In this document: positions 29,095 to 38,370 of the stretch, one piece after another
Layout of the letters: each line of letters begins with the position of its first letter
Position numbering within the stretch: the first letter of the stretch is position 1
Assembly: GCA_963836075.1 (NCBI GenBank)
Contig: CAWIIB010000001.1
Location: 1,312,001 to 1,376,000 of the forward strand
Source: an uncultured Acidobacteriota bacterium
GTDB taxonomy: Bacteria > Acidobacteriota > JAQAZP01
DNA: 64,000 nt
Reading direction: 5' to 3'
The notes under the pieces: generated by a model
The model's database searches: none
Seen by the model: only the letters and a program-made list of their open reading frames with translations
Told to the model about the DNA's origin: nothing
Translations under genes and position numbers: made by a program

Positions 29095-29534
29095 CCACCT
29101 CCAGTCCCGCTGCCCTCCATCGCGGCGATGAAACCGGGGGGCACCCGGGTAACCTTGCGCTCCCCGTAGTCGAAAAAGACAACACCGGTCTTGGCCCGGG
29201 CAGCTTCCTTGCCGCTGTTCCGGCTGGTGATGCGGTAGAAGAAGTCGCAGCCGCTGCGGCTCAGTTCACCCACTGCCACCTCGATGACCAGGCTGTCCCC
29301 GTGGAACACCTCGGAACGGTAGATCAGCATCGCGTCCACCATCAGCAGTCCCACACCGTCCACATCGTTCTCGGCATACCCCAGCTGACGGAGATAGCGC
29401 ACCCGCGCCTCGTGGACCAGGGAGAGCATGGAATCGTTGCCCAGGTGGCCGCCGTAGTTGATGTGGCCCACCTGAACCTCCAGTTCGGTGGAGAACGGGA
29501 ACAGCGCCGGCAGCTGGAGATTCAATCGGCCCAT
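29091..29534 (-). CDS. Hot-dog fold acyl-CoA thioesterase
   Basis: HINYGGHLGND..HEAR; ATGA-type overlap with the selenoprotein start. Confidence 0.88.
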   Translation of the reverse strand: MGRLNLQLPALFPFSTELEVQVGHINYGGHLGNDSMLSLVHEARVRYLRQLGYAENDVDGVGLLMVDAMLIYRSEVFHGDSLVIEVAVGELSRSGCDFFYRITSRNSGKEAARAKTGVVFFDYGERKVTRVPPGFIAAMEGSGTGGG

Positions 29535-29537
29535 CGG

Positions 29538-30956
29538 TCAGTTCCTCCCCGCCGGCGGCGAAGCAACGGCCTGCACGCGGAACGGCTGCAGTTTGCGGTA
29601 GGTCAGAGACCGCCAGAGCCATTCGGCCGGACCGAAACGGAAGCGCTCCAGCCAGGGCCGGCAGATGGCCAGCTGGATAACCCAGATGGCCAGCACCACG
29701 CCCATCAGCGGGAAACGGTTGACGCGGCCGAACAGCCCCAGGCCGTAACCGTAAAAAAGAAATGTGCAGATCAGCGTGTGCATCAGGTAGTTGGTCAACG
29801 CCATCCGGCCCACCGCCGCCAGCCGGCTGCGCAGTGCGGTAAACAGCCCGGCCTTGCAAACCAGCATCACCAGGCCCACATGGCCCAGGGAGACGAGAAA
29901 ACCGGCGACCAGATTGTAATGGCCGCCCAGGGAAAAGGTGTGGATGAAGTCGAACTCGTGGGCCTTGAGGTCCACAACACTCCAGACGGACAGCGGCAGG
30001 CCGAGGCCATAGCCCCAGAAAATCATCCCCCGGTAAAAACGGGAGGAGCGGTCCGCGGAAAAAACACCGCTCTTCATCAGTCCCATGCCGATGAGCATCA
30101 GGCCGCCCACGTGCCAGTAGACGTTGATGATCCCGGCGACGAGCTGCATGTTGAGCACCACGGGAAAGCGGTCGGCGAAGATTTCGCCGTAGGGGCCGGA
30201 CGAATAGAGATCTACCTCCTCCTGGAGTTGCTCCGGCGTGGGATAGTATTCCTTTTTCATCTCAGTCCAGGAGTCGAGCATCGATTGCTGCATGGCATCC
30301 AGATCCTGCCCCTCGGCCTCCAGCGCTTCCGCTTTCTGGGCGGTGTCGCGCATAAAGCTCATGAAGAGCCCCAGTCCGCTGCTCAGCGGAATTACCACCA
30401 GCATCAGCACGATCCCGGTGATCACCAGTGCCCGGGGGGAGAAACGGCGGAAGAAGTAGATCAGTAATCCGCACACCGCATAGGTGAAGAGGATGTCGCC
30501 GTACCAGAAGATGTAGGCGTGGACCATGCCGATCATCAGCAGCCAGAAACAGCGGCGGAACCAGATGCGGCCGAAACCTGAACCGCGCCGCCGGGCACGG
30601 TCGAACATCAGCACCACACCGGCGCCAAAGAGCATGGAGAAGATCGACATGAATTTCTGCTCGAAGAAGACGTGGGTCGCAAACCAGGTCCAGAGGTTGA
30701 CACCCTCCGCCCCGCCCCAGACCCGGGGATCGAAGTAAACCGCCCCGGGCAGGGCAAAGAAATAGATATTCATCACCAGGATGCCCAGCAGGGCGAATCC
30801 GCGCAGCGTGTCCACCGAATCGATGCGCTCGGCCTCGGCCACCGGTGCGCTCTCCGCGGGCAGGGTCTCCGTAACCGGGGACTCTCCGGAAAGATCGGGG
30901 GTCAACGGATCGCCGGGCAGCTGTTCTTCCATATTTTCACGTCTCCCGGGAGGCAT
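29538..30956 (-). CDS. DUF418 (YeiB-like) membrane protein
   Basis: DTLRGFALLGIL, FSMLFGAG, GDILF.YA, GRMALTNY, GPAEWLWR. Confidence 0.92.
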   Translation of the reverse strand: MPPGRRENMEEQLPGDPLTPDLSGESPVTETLPAESAPVAEAERIDSVDTLRGFALLGILVMNIYFFALPGAVYFDPRVWGGAEGVNLWTWFATHVFFEQKFMSIFSMLFGAGVVLMFDRARRRGSGFGRIWFRRCFWLLMIGMVHAYIFWYGDILFTYAVCGLLIYFFRRFSPRALVITGIVLMLVVIPLSSGLGLFMSFMRDTAQKAEALEAEGQDLDAMQQSMLDSWTEMKKEYYPTPEQLQEEVDLYSSGPYGEIFADRFPVVLNMQLVAGIINVYWHVGGLMLIGMGLMKSGVFSADRSSRFYRGMIFWGYGLGLPLSVWSVVDLKAHEFDFIHTFSLGGHYNLVAGFLVSLGHVGLVMLVCKAGLFTALRSRLAAVGRMALTNYLMHTLICTFLFYGYGLGLFGRVNRFPLMGVVLAIWVIQLAICRPWLERFRFGPAEWLWRSLTYRKLQPFRVQAVASPPAGRN

Positions 30957-30990
30957 TGGAAAGTGTTCGAATATCGCAGGTTATCGATTG

Positions 30991-31019
30991 ATTCTAGGGG
31001 GTGAACCCGGCCGGGTCAA
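30991..31019 (-). promoter_or_regulatory. Sigma70-type promoter of the DUF418-thioesterase-selenoprotein operon
   Basis: TTGACC-17 bp-TAGAAT on the minus strand. Confidence 0.6.
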
Positions 31020-31136
31020 GCGGGGACCGAAGAACGCCGGGACGGTCTGAAAAAACATCAGGTTGTGCTGGCGACCGGGCCGGTCCCTCCCGGCGGTTCA
31101 CTTCTTTTCATGGACAATCAGGATAAAGATGAGTGC

Positions 31137-31165
31137 TTGACGGGAATCGGGCCCTGACCTATGTT
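31137..31165 (+). promoter_or_regulatory. Sigma70-type promoter of the tandem paralog array
   Basis: TTGACG-17 bp-TATGTT. Confidence 0.55.
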
Positions 31166-31240
31166 TCAATGCAACAGATCTGATCGAAAGATAAGCAAAC
31201 CATGGGCACTGCGGGCCGGATGGCCACCAGGAGCAAAACC

Positions 31241-33634
31241 ATGCGCAAGATCACGCTGGCCGTTCTGGTGCTGTTCATCCTGTCCCCCACCGCCGCTGCT
31301 GCGGCCGTAATCCACGTTCCCGGGGACCAACCCACCATCCAGGCCGGCATCGACGCCGCATCACCAGGCGACACCGTGTTGGTGGCCAATGGCACCTACA
31401 CCGGCCCCGGCAACCGCGACCTCGACTTCAACGGCAAGTCGATCATCGTCACGTCGGAAGACGGCCCGGAAACCTGCATCATCGACTGCGATGGCCTGGG
31501 CCGCGGATTCCTCTTCCACAGCGGTGAGGACGAAGACGCGGTGGTCCAGGGCTTCACCATCCGCAACGGCTACCTGACCGATGGATCAGGGGCCGGTATC
31601 CGGATCACAACCGGATCCTCACCTGTGATCAACGGCTGTATCCTCACCGGCAATAATGCCGTCTACCCACGGAGCGGCGGTGCGGTCTGGGCCGACTCGG
31701 GACTGATCAGCGACTGCATCATCCAAAACAACCGGGCCGACGCCGGTGGTGGCCTGTCCCTGGGCGGCGATGCCGTGATCCACAACTGCCTGATCCTGAA
31801 CAACTGGGCCGACGAGGCCGGGGGTGGTGTGGTCACCGGATCCAGCGGAATGCCCACCCTCTCCCAGTGCACCATCACCGGCAACATGTCCGGGGAAGGC
31901 GGCGGCGGTCTGTTCGTGGGCTCCCTGGTGATGACCAACTGCATCGTCTGGGACAACTGGGCCTCCACCTATGGCGCCGACGGCTATGTCTGGGGTTGGA
32001 GTTACCAGCACACCTTCAGCTACAGTTACTCCAATCTGGGCTACTACTGGTATGTGGAGGATTACGCGGTTCTCGATCCCGGACCAGGTGTTTTTAGTGC
32101 CGACCCGCTCTTGGCCACCGGGCCGATGGGATCCTGGTATCTGAGCCAAATCGCGGCGGGACAGCCGGCAACAAGCCCCTGCGTCAACAGCGGTGATCCC
32201 GCCGCCCTGCCTTTCGGAACCACGCGCACCGACCTCCAACCGGACAGCGCAGTGGTGGACATGGGCTACCACCCCCTGCTCGACCAGGGGATGTATATCT
32301 GTCATCAGCCCTCCTCTTTCTATTACTACGATATCGACTTCGGCGATCCGCCTCCCGAGGACCGCACACTGGAGATCTGGCGCTGTGTGGAGGGCACGAT
32401 GGACTGGACCGTGACCAGCAGCGCCGGATGGCTGACCCTCGACCCGCTGTCCGGCAGTTCCACCGGCGAGGTGGACCAGGTGACGGTCAACGTGGACACT
32501 TCGGTGCTGGCCGCCGGCACCCAGCGGGCCGTAATCGTGATCAACGCACCCGGCGCACTGAACAACCCCGTAACCATCCCGGTGACGGTGGCTATCGACG
32601 GTGCCTGGACCCACTGGCGGCTGGCCGTCGGCCCGGGCCCCTCACCGGACAATCCTCCACTGGTCCGTGTCTTCAATGGCACCAATTTCGATCCGGGAAC
32701 GTTGCTGCACGAGTTCCCGGCATATGGGGCCACCGGCTACGGCGTGCGGGTTTCCTGTGGCGATCCGGATGGTGACGGTGTGGACGAAATCGTTACCGGG
32801 GCGGGTCCCGGGGCTCTATACGGACCCCACGTTCGGGGGTTCGAAGCTGACGGCACGCCGTTGCCCGGATTGAGCTTCCTCGCCTACGGCACCAACAAAT
32901 TCGGGGTGAACACGGCCTGCGGCGACCTGGACGGTGACCGTTTCGACGAGATCGTCACCGGCGCCGGACCGGGGGCAGTGTTCGGGCCCCATGTGCGGGG
33001 TTTTCGTTACCACCAGTCAACCGTCACACCATTGGCCGGGGTCAGCTTCTTCGCCTACGGAACCCACCGCTGGGGCGTGAACGTCGACTGCGGCGACCTG
33101 GATGGCGACGGCATGGACGAGATTGTCACCGGCGCCGGGCCGGGAGCGATCTTCGGCCCCCACGTGCGGGGCTGGAACGTGGACGGCGCAACTGCCGCCC
33201 CGATGCCGGAAGTCAGTTTCATGGCCTACGACAGCAATCACTTCGGCGTGAATGTGGCCTGCGGCGACCTGGACAATGACGGTCTGGACGAAATCGTCAC
33301 CGCCCCGGGACCCGGGCCATCGCTGGGCGCATATATTCGCGGCTGGAATGTCGACGGCGGTCAGCTGACCCCGATACCCGGCTGTGACCTGTTCGTCTGG
33401 CCGCCGGGCCAGAGACTACACGGGGCACGGGTCGCCGTCTCCCCACGGGGCCGGTCCGCCAGCACGGGCAAAGAGTTCATCATCGTCGGTTGCGGCCCGG
33501 ATCCGGCAGCCGATTCGGAAATCAAAACCTATAGTTATAACTCCGACCTGGAGCAATTGGACCCCTGGATCTCGTTCACCTCTTTTGACGGATCGGTTTG
33601 GGGCGTGGACGTGGCCGGAGGAGGCATGGAGTAA
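31241..33634 (+). CDS. Secreted beta-helix + BACON-like + FG-GAP-like repeat protein, paralog 1
   Basis: AGGAG RBS, signal peptide, VIHVPGDQPTIQAGID, GGG/N-rich beta-helix, WTVTSSAGWLTL, repeated CGDLDGDG.DEIVTGAGPG..GPHVRG. Confidence 0.85.
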   Translation: MRKITLAVLVLFILSPTAAAAAVIHVPGDQPTIQAGIDAASPGDTVLVANGTYTGPGNRDLDFNGKSIIVTSEDGPETCIIDCDGLGRGFLFHSGEDEDAVVQGFTIRNGYLTDGSGAGIRITTGSSPVINGCILTGNNAVYPRSGGAVWADSGLISDCIIQNNRADAGGGLSLGGDAVIHNCLILNNWADEAGGGVVTGSSGMPTLSQCTITGNMSGEGGGGLFVGSLVMTNCIVWDNWASTYGADGYVWGWSYQHTFSYSYSNLGYYWYVEDYAVLDPGPGVFSADPLLATGPMGSWYLSQIAAGQPATSPCVNSGDPAALPFGTTRTDLQPDSAVVDMGYHPLLDQGMYICHQPSSFYYYDIDFGDPPPEDRTLEIWRCVEGTMDWTVTSSAGWLTLDPLSGSSTGEVDQVTVNVDTSVLAAGTQRAVIVINAPGALNNPVTIPVTVAIDGAWTHWRLAVGPGPSPDNPPLVRVFNGTNFDPGTLLHEFPAYGATGYGVRVSCGDPDGDGVDEIVTGAGPGALYGPHVRGFEADGTPLPGLSFLAYGTNKFGVNTACGDLDGDRFDEIVTGAGPGAVFGPHVRGFRYHQSTVTPLAGVSFFAYGTHRWGVNVDCGDLDGDGMDEIVTGAGPGAIFGPHVRGWNVDGATAAPMPEVSFMAYDSNHFGVNVACGDLDNDGLDEIVTAPGPGPSLGAYIRGWNVDGGQLTPIPGCDLFVWPPGQRLHGARVAVSPRGRSASTGKEFIIVGCGPDPAADSEIKTYSYNSDLEQLDPWISFTSFDGSVWGVDVAGGGME

Positions 33635-33661
33635 AGGTTGGAAGCCAACAGGAGAAAACAG

Positions 33662-36028
33662 ATGCGGTTGTGGCTGCTCGTCCTCTGTATTTTGCTGGTT
33701 TTTGGTCCACCAACTGCCGCAATAGCCGCCGTGATCCACGTTCCCGCCGACCAGCCGACGATCCAGGCCGGCATCGACGCCGCTGCGACCGGCGACACGG
33801 TGCTGGTCGCCGATGGAACATACACCGGCCCTGGCAACCGCGACCTCGATTTTCACGGCAAATCGATTACCGTCACCTCGGAGAACGGCCCGCAGGCCTG
33901 CATTATCCATTGCCAGGAACTGGGCCGGGGATTCCATTTCCACAGCGGGGAGGACGGGAACGCGGTGCTCAACGGAATTTCCATCGGCAACGGGAACATT
34001 TCCGGAGGCGGTGGCGGCATCCTGATCGAGAACTGGTCCGCTCCGGAGATCAGCAACTGCGTGATCAACGGCTGCGACGCCGGGTACGGCGGCGGTGTGG
34101 CAGCATCGGGCGGCCTGATCACCGACTGTGTGATCAATTTCAACGAGGCCCTCACCGGTGGTGGGCTGGCCCTGCAAGGCAATGCCGTGGCCCACAACTG
34201 CCTGATAACCAGCAACTTCGCGGAGGGCGGGGGTGGCCTTTATGCCGGAGTCGAGGGATGCGCCACCGTTTCCAATTGCACGATCAACAGCAATCTGGCA
34301 ATCGACGTCGGCGGCGGAGCAGAGGTTTACAACCTGACGATGACCAACTGCATCATCTGGAACAATACCATCGCGACGATCTACGGCGCCGACATCTATG
34401 TCGGATCCTACGGGGGAAATACCTTCTCTTACAGCTACACCGAGATGGGCACGTACTGGTCCTGGGAGGACTCCTCGGTGCTCGACCCGGGTCCTGGAAA
34501 TTTCTCGGCTGATCCACTTTTCACCGACGGACCCAGCGGGAACCGGTATCTGAGCCAGACCGTCGCCGGTCAGCCGGCAAACAGCCGCTGCGTCGACAAT
34601 GGCGATCCCGCCACGCCGCCCTTTGGCACCACGAGAACCGACCGCGAGGCGGATGTGGGCGTGGTTGATATTGGCTACCACTACCCGCTGGAGGAGGGGC
34701 CACGTATTTGCCACGACCCGGCGTATTTCACCTACGACCTCGACAGTGGCGGCCCGCCTCCCGCGGACCGCACGCTGGAGATCCGGAACTGCGGGGAGGA
34801 GACGATGAACTGGTCGGTGAACAGCACGGCTGGCTGGCTAACCCTCGATCCGCTGTCCGGCAGTTCAGCCGGTGAGATGGATACAGTGACCGTCAGCGTG
34901 GACCCGTCATCGCTGGCCGCCGGCACCGAGCGGGCCGAGATCGTGATCAGCGCACCCGGGGCGCTGAACAGCCCGGTGACCGTCCCGGTGACGCTGGTGC
35001 TGGACGGCCCCTTCCCCTACTGGGGCTACGTGGCCGGTCCCGGCCCGTCTCCCGACAATCCGCCACTGGTCCGGGTCTACGAAGGCTGGGGCTCGCCGAC
35101 GCTGCGGCACGAATTCCCCGCCTATGGCGCCGCCGGGTACGGGGTGCGCGTGGCTTGCGGTGACCCGGATGGCGACGGCGATGGCGAGATCATCACCGGT
35201 GCCGGGCCGGGGGCGATCTACGGCCCCCACGTGCGGGGGTTCGAGCCCGACGGAACCCCGCTGCCGGGCCTGAGCTTCATGGCCTATGGCACGCTGAAAT
35301 ACGGGGTGAACGTCTCCTGCGGTGACCTGGACGGCGATGGCATTGACGAAATTATCGCCGGCGCCGGGCCAGGCGCCGTCTTCGGCCCCCATGTGCGGGC
35401 CTTCAGTTACGACCGCGACACGGCCGCCGTCACCCCACTGGGTGGGGTCAGCTTCTTCGCCTACGGCACCCTCAAGTGGGGTGTAAACGTCGACTGCGGC
35501 GACCTGGACGGCGACGGCATCGACGAGATCGTCAGCGGCGCCGGACCGGGTTCGGGGTTCGGCCCACACGTGCGGGGCTGGAAGGTGGACGGCGGCATTG
35601 CCGCGCCGATGCCGGGGGTCAGTTTCATGGCCTACAGCTACGTGCGTTTCGGCGTGAACATGGCCTGCGGCGACCTGGACGGCGACGGCCTTGACGAGAT
35701 CCTCACCGCACCAGGTCCCGGACCGTCCCTGGGCCCCTACATCCGGGGTTGGAACGTGGACGGCAAACAGGTGACCCCGATCCCCGGCTGCGAAGGTAAT
35801 GCCTGGCCGCCGGGTCAGCGGTTCTACGGGGCTCGGGTGGCAGTGATTCCGGGTGGCCAACCGGCGGAGACCATTCTGGTGGGCGGAGGGCCCGACCCGT
35901 CCGAGTGGTCGGACATTCAAGCATATCTTTACAATCCCGACACCGAGCAGCTCGAACTTCAGTTTTCCTTTGACACATTCGCGGGGACATTGTGGGGTGC
36001 GGATGTGGCCGGCGGCGGTATGGAATAA
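33662..36028 (+). CDS. Secreted beta-helix + BACON-like + FG-GAP-like repeat protein, paralog 2
   Basis: Same architecture as paralog 1; AGGAG RBS; ends GADVAGGGME. Confidence 0.85.
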   Translation: MRLWLLVLCILLVFGPPTAAIAAVIHVPADQPTIQAGIDAAATGDTVLVADGTYTGPGNRDLDFHGKSITVTSENGPQACIIHCQELGRGFHFHSGEDGNAVLNGISIGNGNISGGGGGILIENWSAPEISNCVINGCDAGYGGGVAASGGLITDCVINFNEALTGGGLALQGNAVAHNCLITSNFAEGGGGLYAGVEGCATVSNCTINSNLAIDVGGGAEVYNLTMTNCIIWNNTIATIYGADIYVGSYGGNTFSYSYTEMGTYWSWEDSSVLDPGPGNFSADPLFTDGPSGNRYLSQTVAGQPANSRCVDNGDPATPPFGTTRTDREADVGVVDIGYHYPLEEGPRICHDPAYFTYDLDSGGPPPADRTLEIRNCGEETMNWSVNSTAGWLTLDPLSGSSAGEMDTVTVSVDPSSLAAGTERAEIVISAPGALNSPVTVPVTLVLDGPFPYWGYVAGPGPSPDNPPLVRVYEGWGSPTLRHEFPAYGAAGYGVRVACGDPDGDGDGEIITGAGPGAIYGPHVRGFEPDGTPLPGLSFMAYGTLKYGVNVSCGDLDGDGIDEIIAGAGPGAVFGPHVRAFSYDRDTAAVTPLGGVSFFAYGTLKWGVNVDCGDLDGDGIDEIVSGAGPGSGFGPHVRGWKVDGGIAAPMPGVSFMAYSYVRFGVNMACGDLDGDGLDEILTAPGPGPSLGPYIRGWNVDGKQVTPIPGCEGNAWPPGQRFYGARVAVIPGGQPAETILVGGGPDPSEWSDIQAYLYNPDTEQLELQFSFDTFAGTLWGADVAGGGME

Positions 36029-36051
36029 GAAACAACCAGGAGAGATCACAA

Positions 36052-38370
36052 ATGCCCATGCTCGTCATTTTCATTGGCTCGCTCCTGCTGTGCGGACTGT
36101 CGACGAATGGGTCCGCTGACGTAATCCACGTTCCCGGGGACCAACCCAACATCCAGGCCGGCATCGACACCGCGGTCAGCGGCGACACCGTGCTGGTGGC
36201 CGACGGCATCTGGACCGGTGCGAACAACCGCACCCTCGACTTCCGCGGCAAGGCGATCACGGTGAGCTCGGCCAACGGCCCGGGGTTCTGCACCATCGAC
36301 TGCCTGGAGCAGGGGTGTGCCGTCCACTTCCAGAACGGTGAAGACCTGGACTCCGTTTTCACCGGGTTTACCATCTTCGACGGCCATGGCGAGGGGGGGG
36401 GAGGCATCAGGGTGGAGAGCGGGTGCACACCGCTGATCGCCAACTGCGTGATCCAGGGCTGCCTCGCCTACTATGGTGGTGGCCTGTACCTTGGCGACGA
36501 CGCCGTGATCCGGAACTGCCTGATCCACGACAACCACGCCTACGAGGGTGGAGGGGGGATACACACCAGGATCGATGCCAACCCTTTGGTTACCAGTTGC
36601 ACCATCACCGACAATTTCAGCGGGGAGGTTGGCGGCGGAGTATTCGTGGTGGACAGCATGGTGATGACCAACTGCATCGTCTGGGAGAATGAAGCCTTAT
36701 TTGACGGAGACGAAGGTTACCTGGCGGGATACGGCGCTTCCCCCACCCTCAGTATCAGCTACAACGACCTGGGGCTGTACTGGTATCTCGGGTATTACAC
36801 CTATATCGACAACGGCCCCGGAAACATCACCGCCGACCCGCTCTTCGCCTCCGGGCCGGACGGGGACTGGTTCCTCGGCCAGACCGCGGCTGGCCAGCCG
36901 GCCCAGAGCCCCTGCGTGGACAGCGGCGATCCGGAGGTGACGCCGTTCGGCACCACTCGCACCGACCTCGAACCCGACACCGGCGCACTGGACATTGGCT
37001 ACCACCCGGTAATGCCCGCGGGGATGTATATCTGCCACGAGCCCTATTCCCTGATCTACTTCGCCGAGCTCGGCGACCCGCCGCCGGACGACCGCCAACT
37101 GGAGATCTGGCGCTGCGTGGAGGGAACGCTGGAGTGGACGGTGAGCAGCCCGGCGGACTGGATCACCCTCGCCCCGCTCTCCGGCAGCTCCACCGGCGAG
37201 GTGGACACGGTGACGGTGAGCGTGGATTTCTCAACCCTGGCCGCCGGCACCGAGCTGGCCGAGATCGTGATCAACGCCCCCGGAGCGCTGAACGACCCGG
37301 TGACCATTCCGGTCAGGGTGCACATCCATGGGCCAAACTCGCACTACGGTCTGGTGGCCGGCCCGGGCCCGTCGCCGGACAACCCGCCCCTGGTCCGGGT
37401 GTTCGCCAGCGGTGACCCGCCGGCACTGCTGCACGAGTTCCCGGCGTACGGGGCCGACGGCTACGGCGTGCGGGTCACCTGCGGGGATATGGACGGTGAC
37501 GGCGCCGAGGAGATCGTCACCGGGGCCGGGCCGGGGGCGATCTATGGCCCCCACGTAAGGGGTTTCGAGATCATCGGTGCGCCGCTGCCGGGATTGAGCT
37601 TCATCGCCTACGGCACCCACAAGTACGGGGTGAACGTCTCCTGCGGCGACCTGGACGGAGACCGCTATGACGAGATCGTCACCGGCGCCGGGCCGGGCGC
37701 GGTCTTCGGGCCCCACGTGCGTGGGTTCCAGTATGACCACGAGGCGGGCACCGTGGCCCCGCTGGGCGGAGTGAGTTTCTTCGCCTACGGCACGAACAGG
37801 TACGGCGTCAACGTCGACTGCGGCGACCTGGACGGCGACGGCATGGCCGAGATCGTCACCGGCGCCGGGCCGGGCGCGGTCTTCGGCCCCCACGTGCGGG
37901 GCTGGAACGTGGACGGGGGCACTGCCGCCCCCATCCCCGGGATCAGCTTCATGGCCTACAACAGCAACCACTACGGCGTGAACGTGGCCTGCGGCGACAT
38001 CGACGGCGACGGCCTGGCCGAGATCATCACCGCCCCGGGGCCGGGCCCCTCGCTGGGGGCCTTCATCCGCGGCTGGTCCTTCGACGGCAGCCAGGTGTCG
38101 CCGGTCCCGGGCTGTGACATCTTCGCCTGGCCGCCGGGCGATCGCCTGTGCGGCGCCCGGGTCGCCATGCAGCGAGCGGCCGGCGGTTCAGCCATCGACT
38201 TTAACTACATCCTCGTCGGTGGCGGCCCCGACCCGGCGGCCGACACCGAAGTCCAGGTCTATGTCTACCGTACGGACTCCGAAGAACTGTTCCTGCTCCG
38301 GTCTTTCGAGACCTTTGACGAGGGCATGACCTGGGGCGTGGACGTGACCGGCGGCGGCATGGAGTTCTAG
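36052..38370 (+). CDS. Secreted beta-helix + BACON-like + FG-GAP-like repeat protein, paralog 3
   Basis: Same architecture; AGGAG RBS; ends GVDVTGGGMEF. Confidence 0.85.
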   Translation: MPMLVIFIGSLLLCGLSTNGSADVIHVPGDQPNIQAGIDTAVSGDTVLVADGIWTGANNRTLDFRGKAITVSSANGPGFCTIDCLEQGCAVHFQNGEDLDSVFTGFTIFDGHGEGGGGIRVESGCTPLIANCVIQGCLAYYGGGLYLGDDAVIRNCLIHDNHAYEGGGGIHTRIDANPLVTSCTITDNFSGEVGGGVFVVDSMVMTNCIVWENEALFDGDEGYLAGYGASPTLSISYNDLGLYWYLGYYTYIDNGPGNITADPLFASGPDGDWFLGQTAAGQPAQSPCVDSGDPEVTPFGTTRTDLEPDTGALDIGYHPVMPAGMYICHEPYSLIYFAELGDPPPDDRQLEIWRCVEGTLEWTVSSPADWITLAPLSGSSTGEVDTVTVSVDFSTLAAGTELAEIVINAPGALNDPVTIPVRVHIHGPNSHYGLVAGPGPSPDNPPLVRVFASGDPPALLHEFPAYGADGYGVRVTCGDMDGDGAEEIVTGAGPGAIYGPHVRGFEIIGAPLPGLSFIAYGTHKYGVNVSCGDLDGDRYDEIVTGAGPGAVFGPHVRGFQYDHEAGTVAPLGGVSFFAYGTNRYGVNVDCGDLDGDGMAEIVTGAGPGAVFGPHVRGWNVDGGTAAPIPGISFMAYNSNHYGVNVACGDIDGDGLAEIITAPGPGPSLGAFIRGWSFDGSQVSPVPGCDIFAWPPGDRLCGARVAMQRAAGGSAIDFNYILVGGGPDPAADTEVQVYVYRTDSEELFLLRSFETFDEGMTWGVDVTGGGMEF

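Noticed and set aside
31170-31235. Possible c-di-GMP-I riboswitch (GCAAACC) in the leader of paralog 1
   Set aside because: The required paired stems and downstream conserved elements could not be built
32620-38100. Recurring approximately 30-bp DNA repeats (GGCGACCTGGACGGCGAC.., GGCCCCCACGTGCGGGG) suggestive of a CRISPR array
   Set aside because: They are in-frame coding repeats of the FG-GAP-like domain with synonymous variation; no unique spacers and no cas genes
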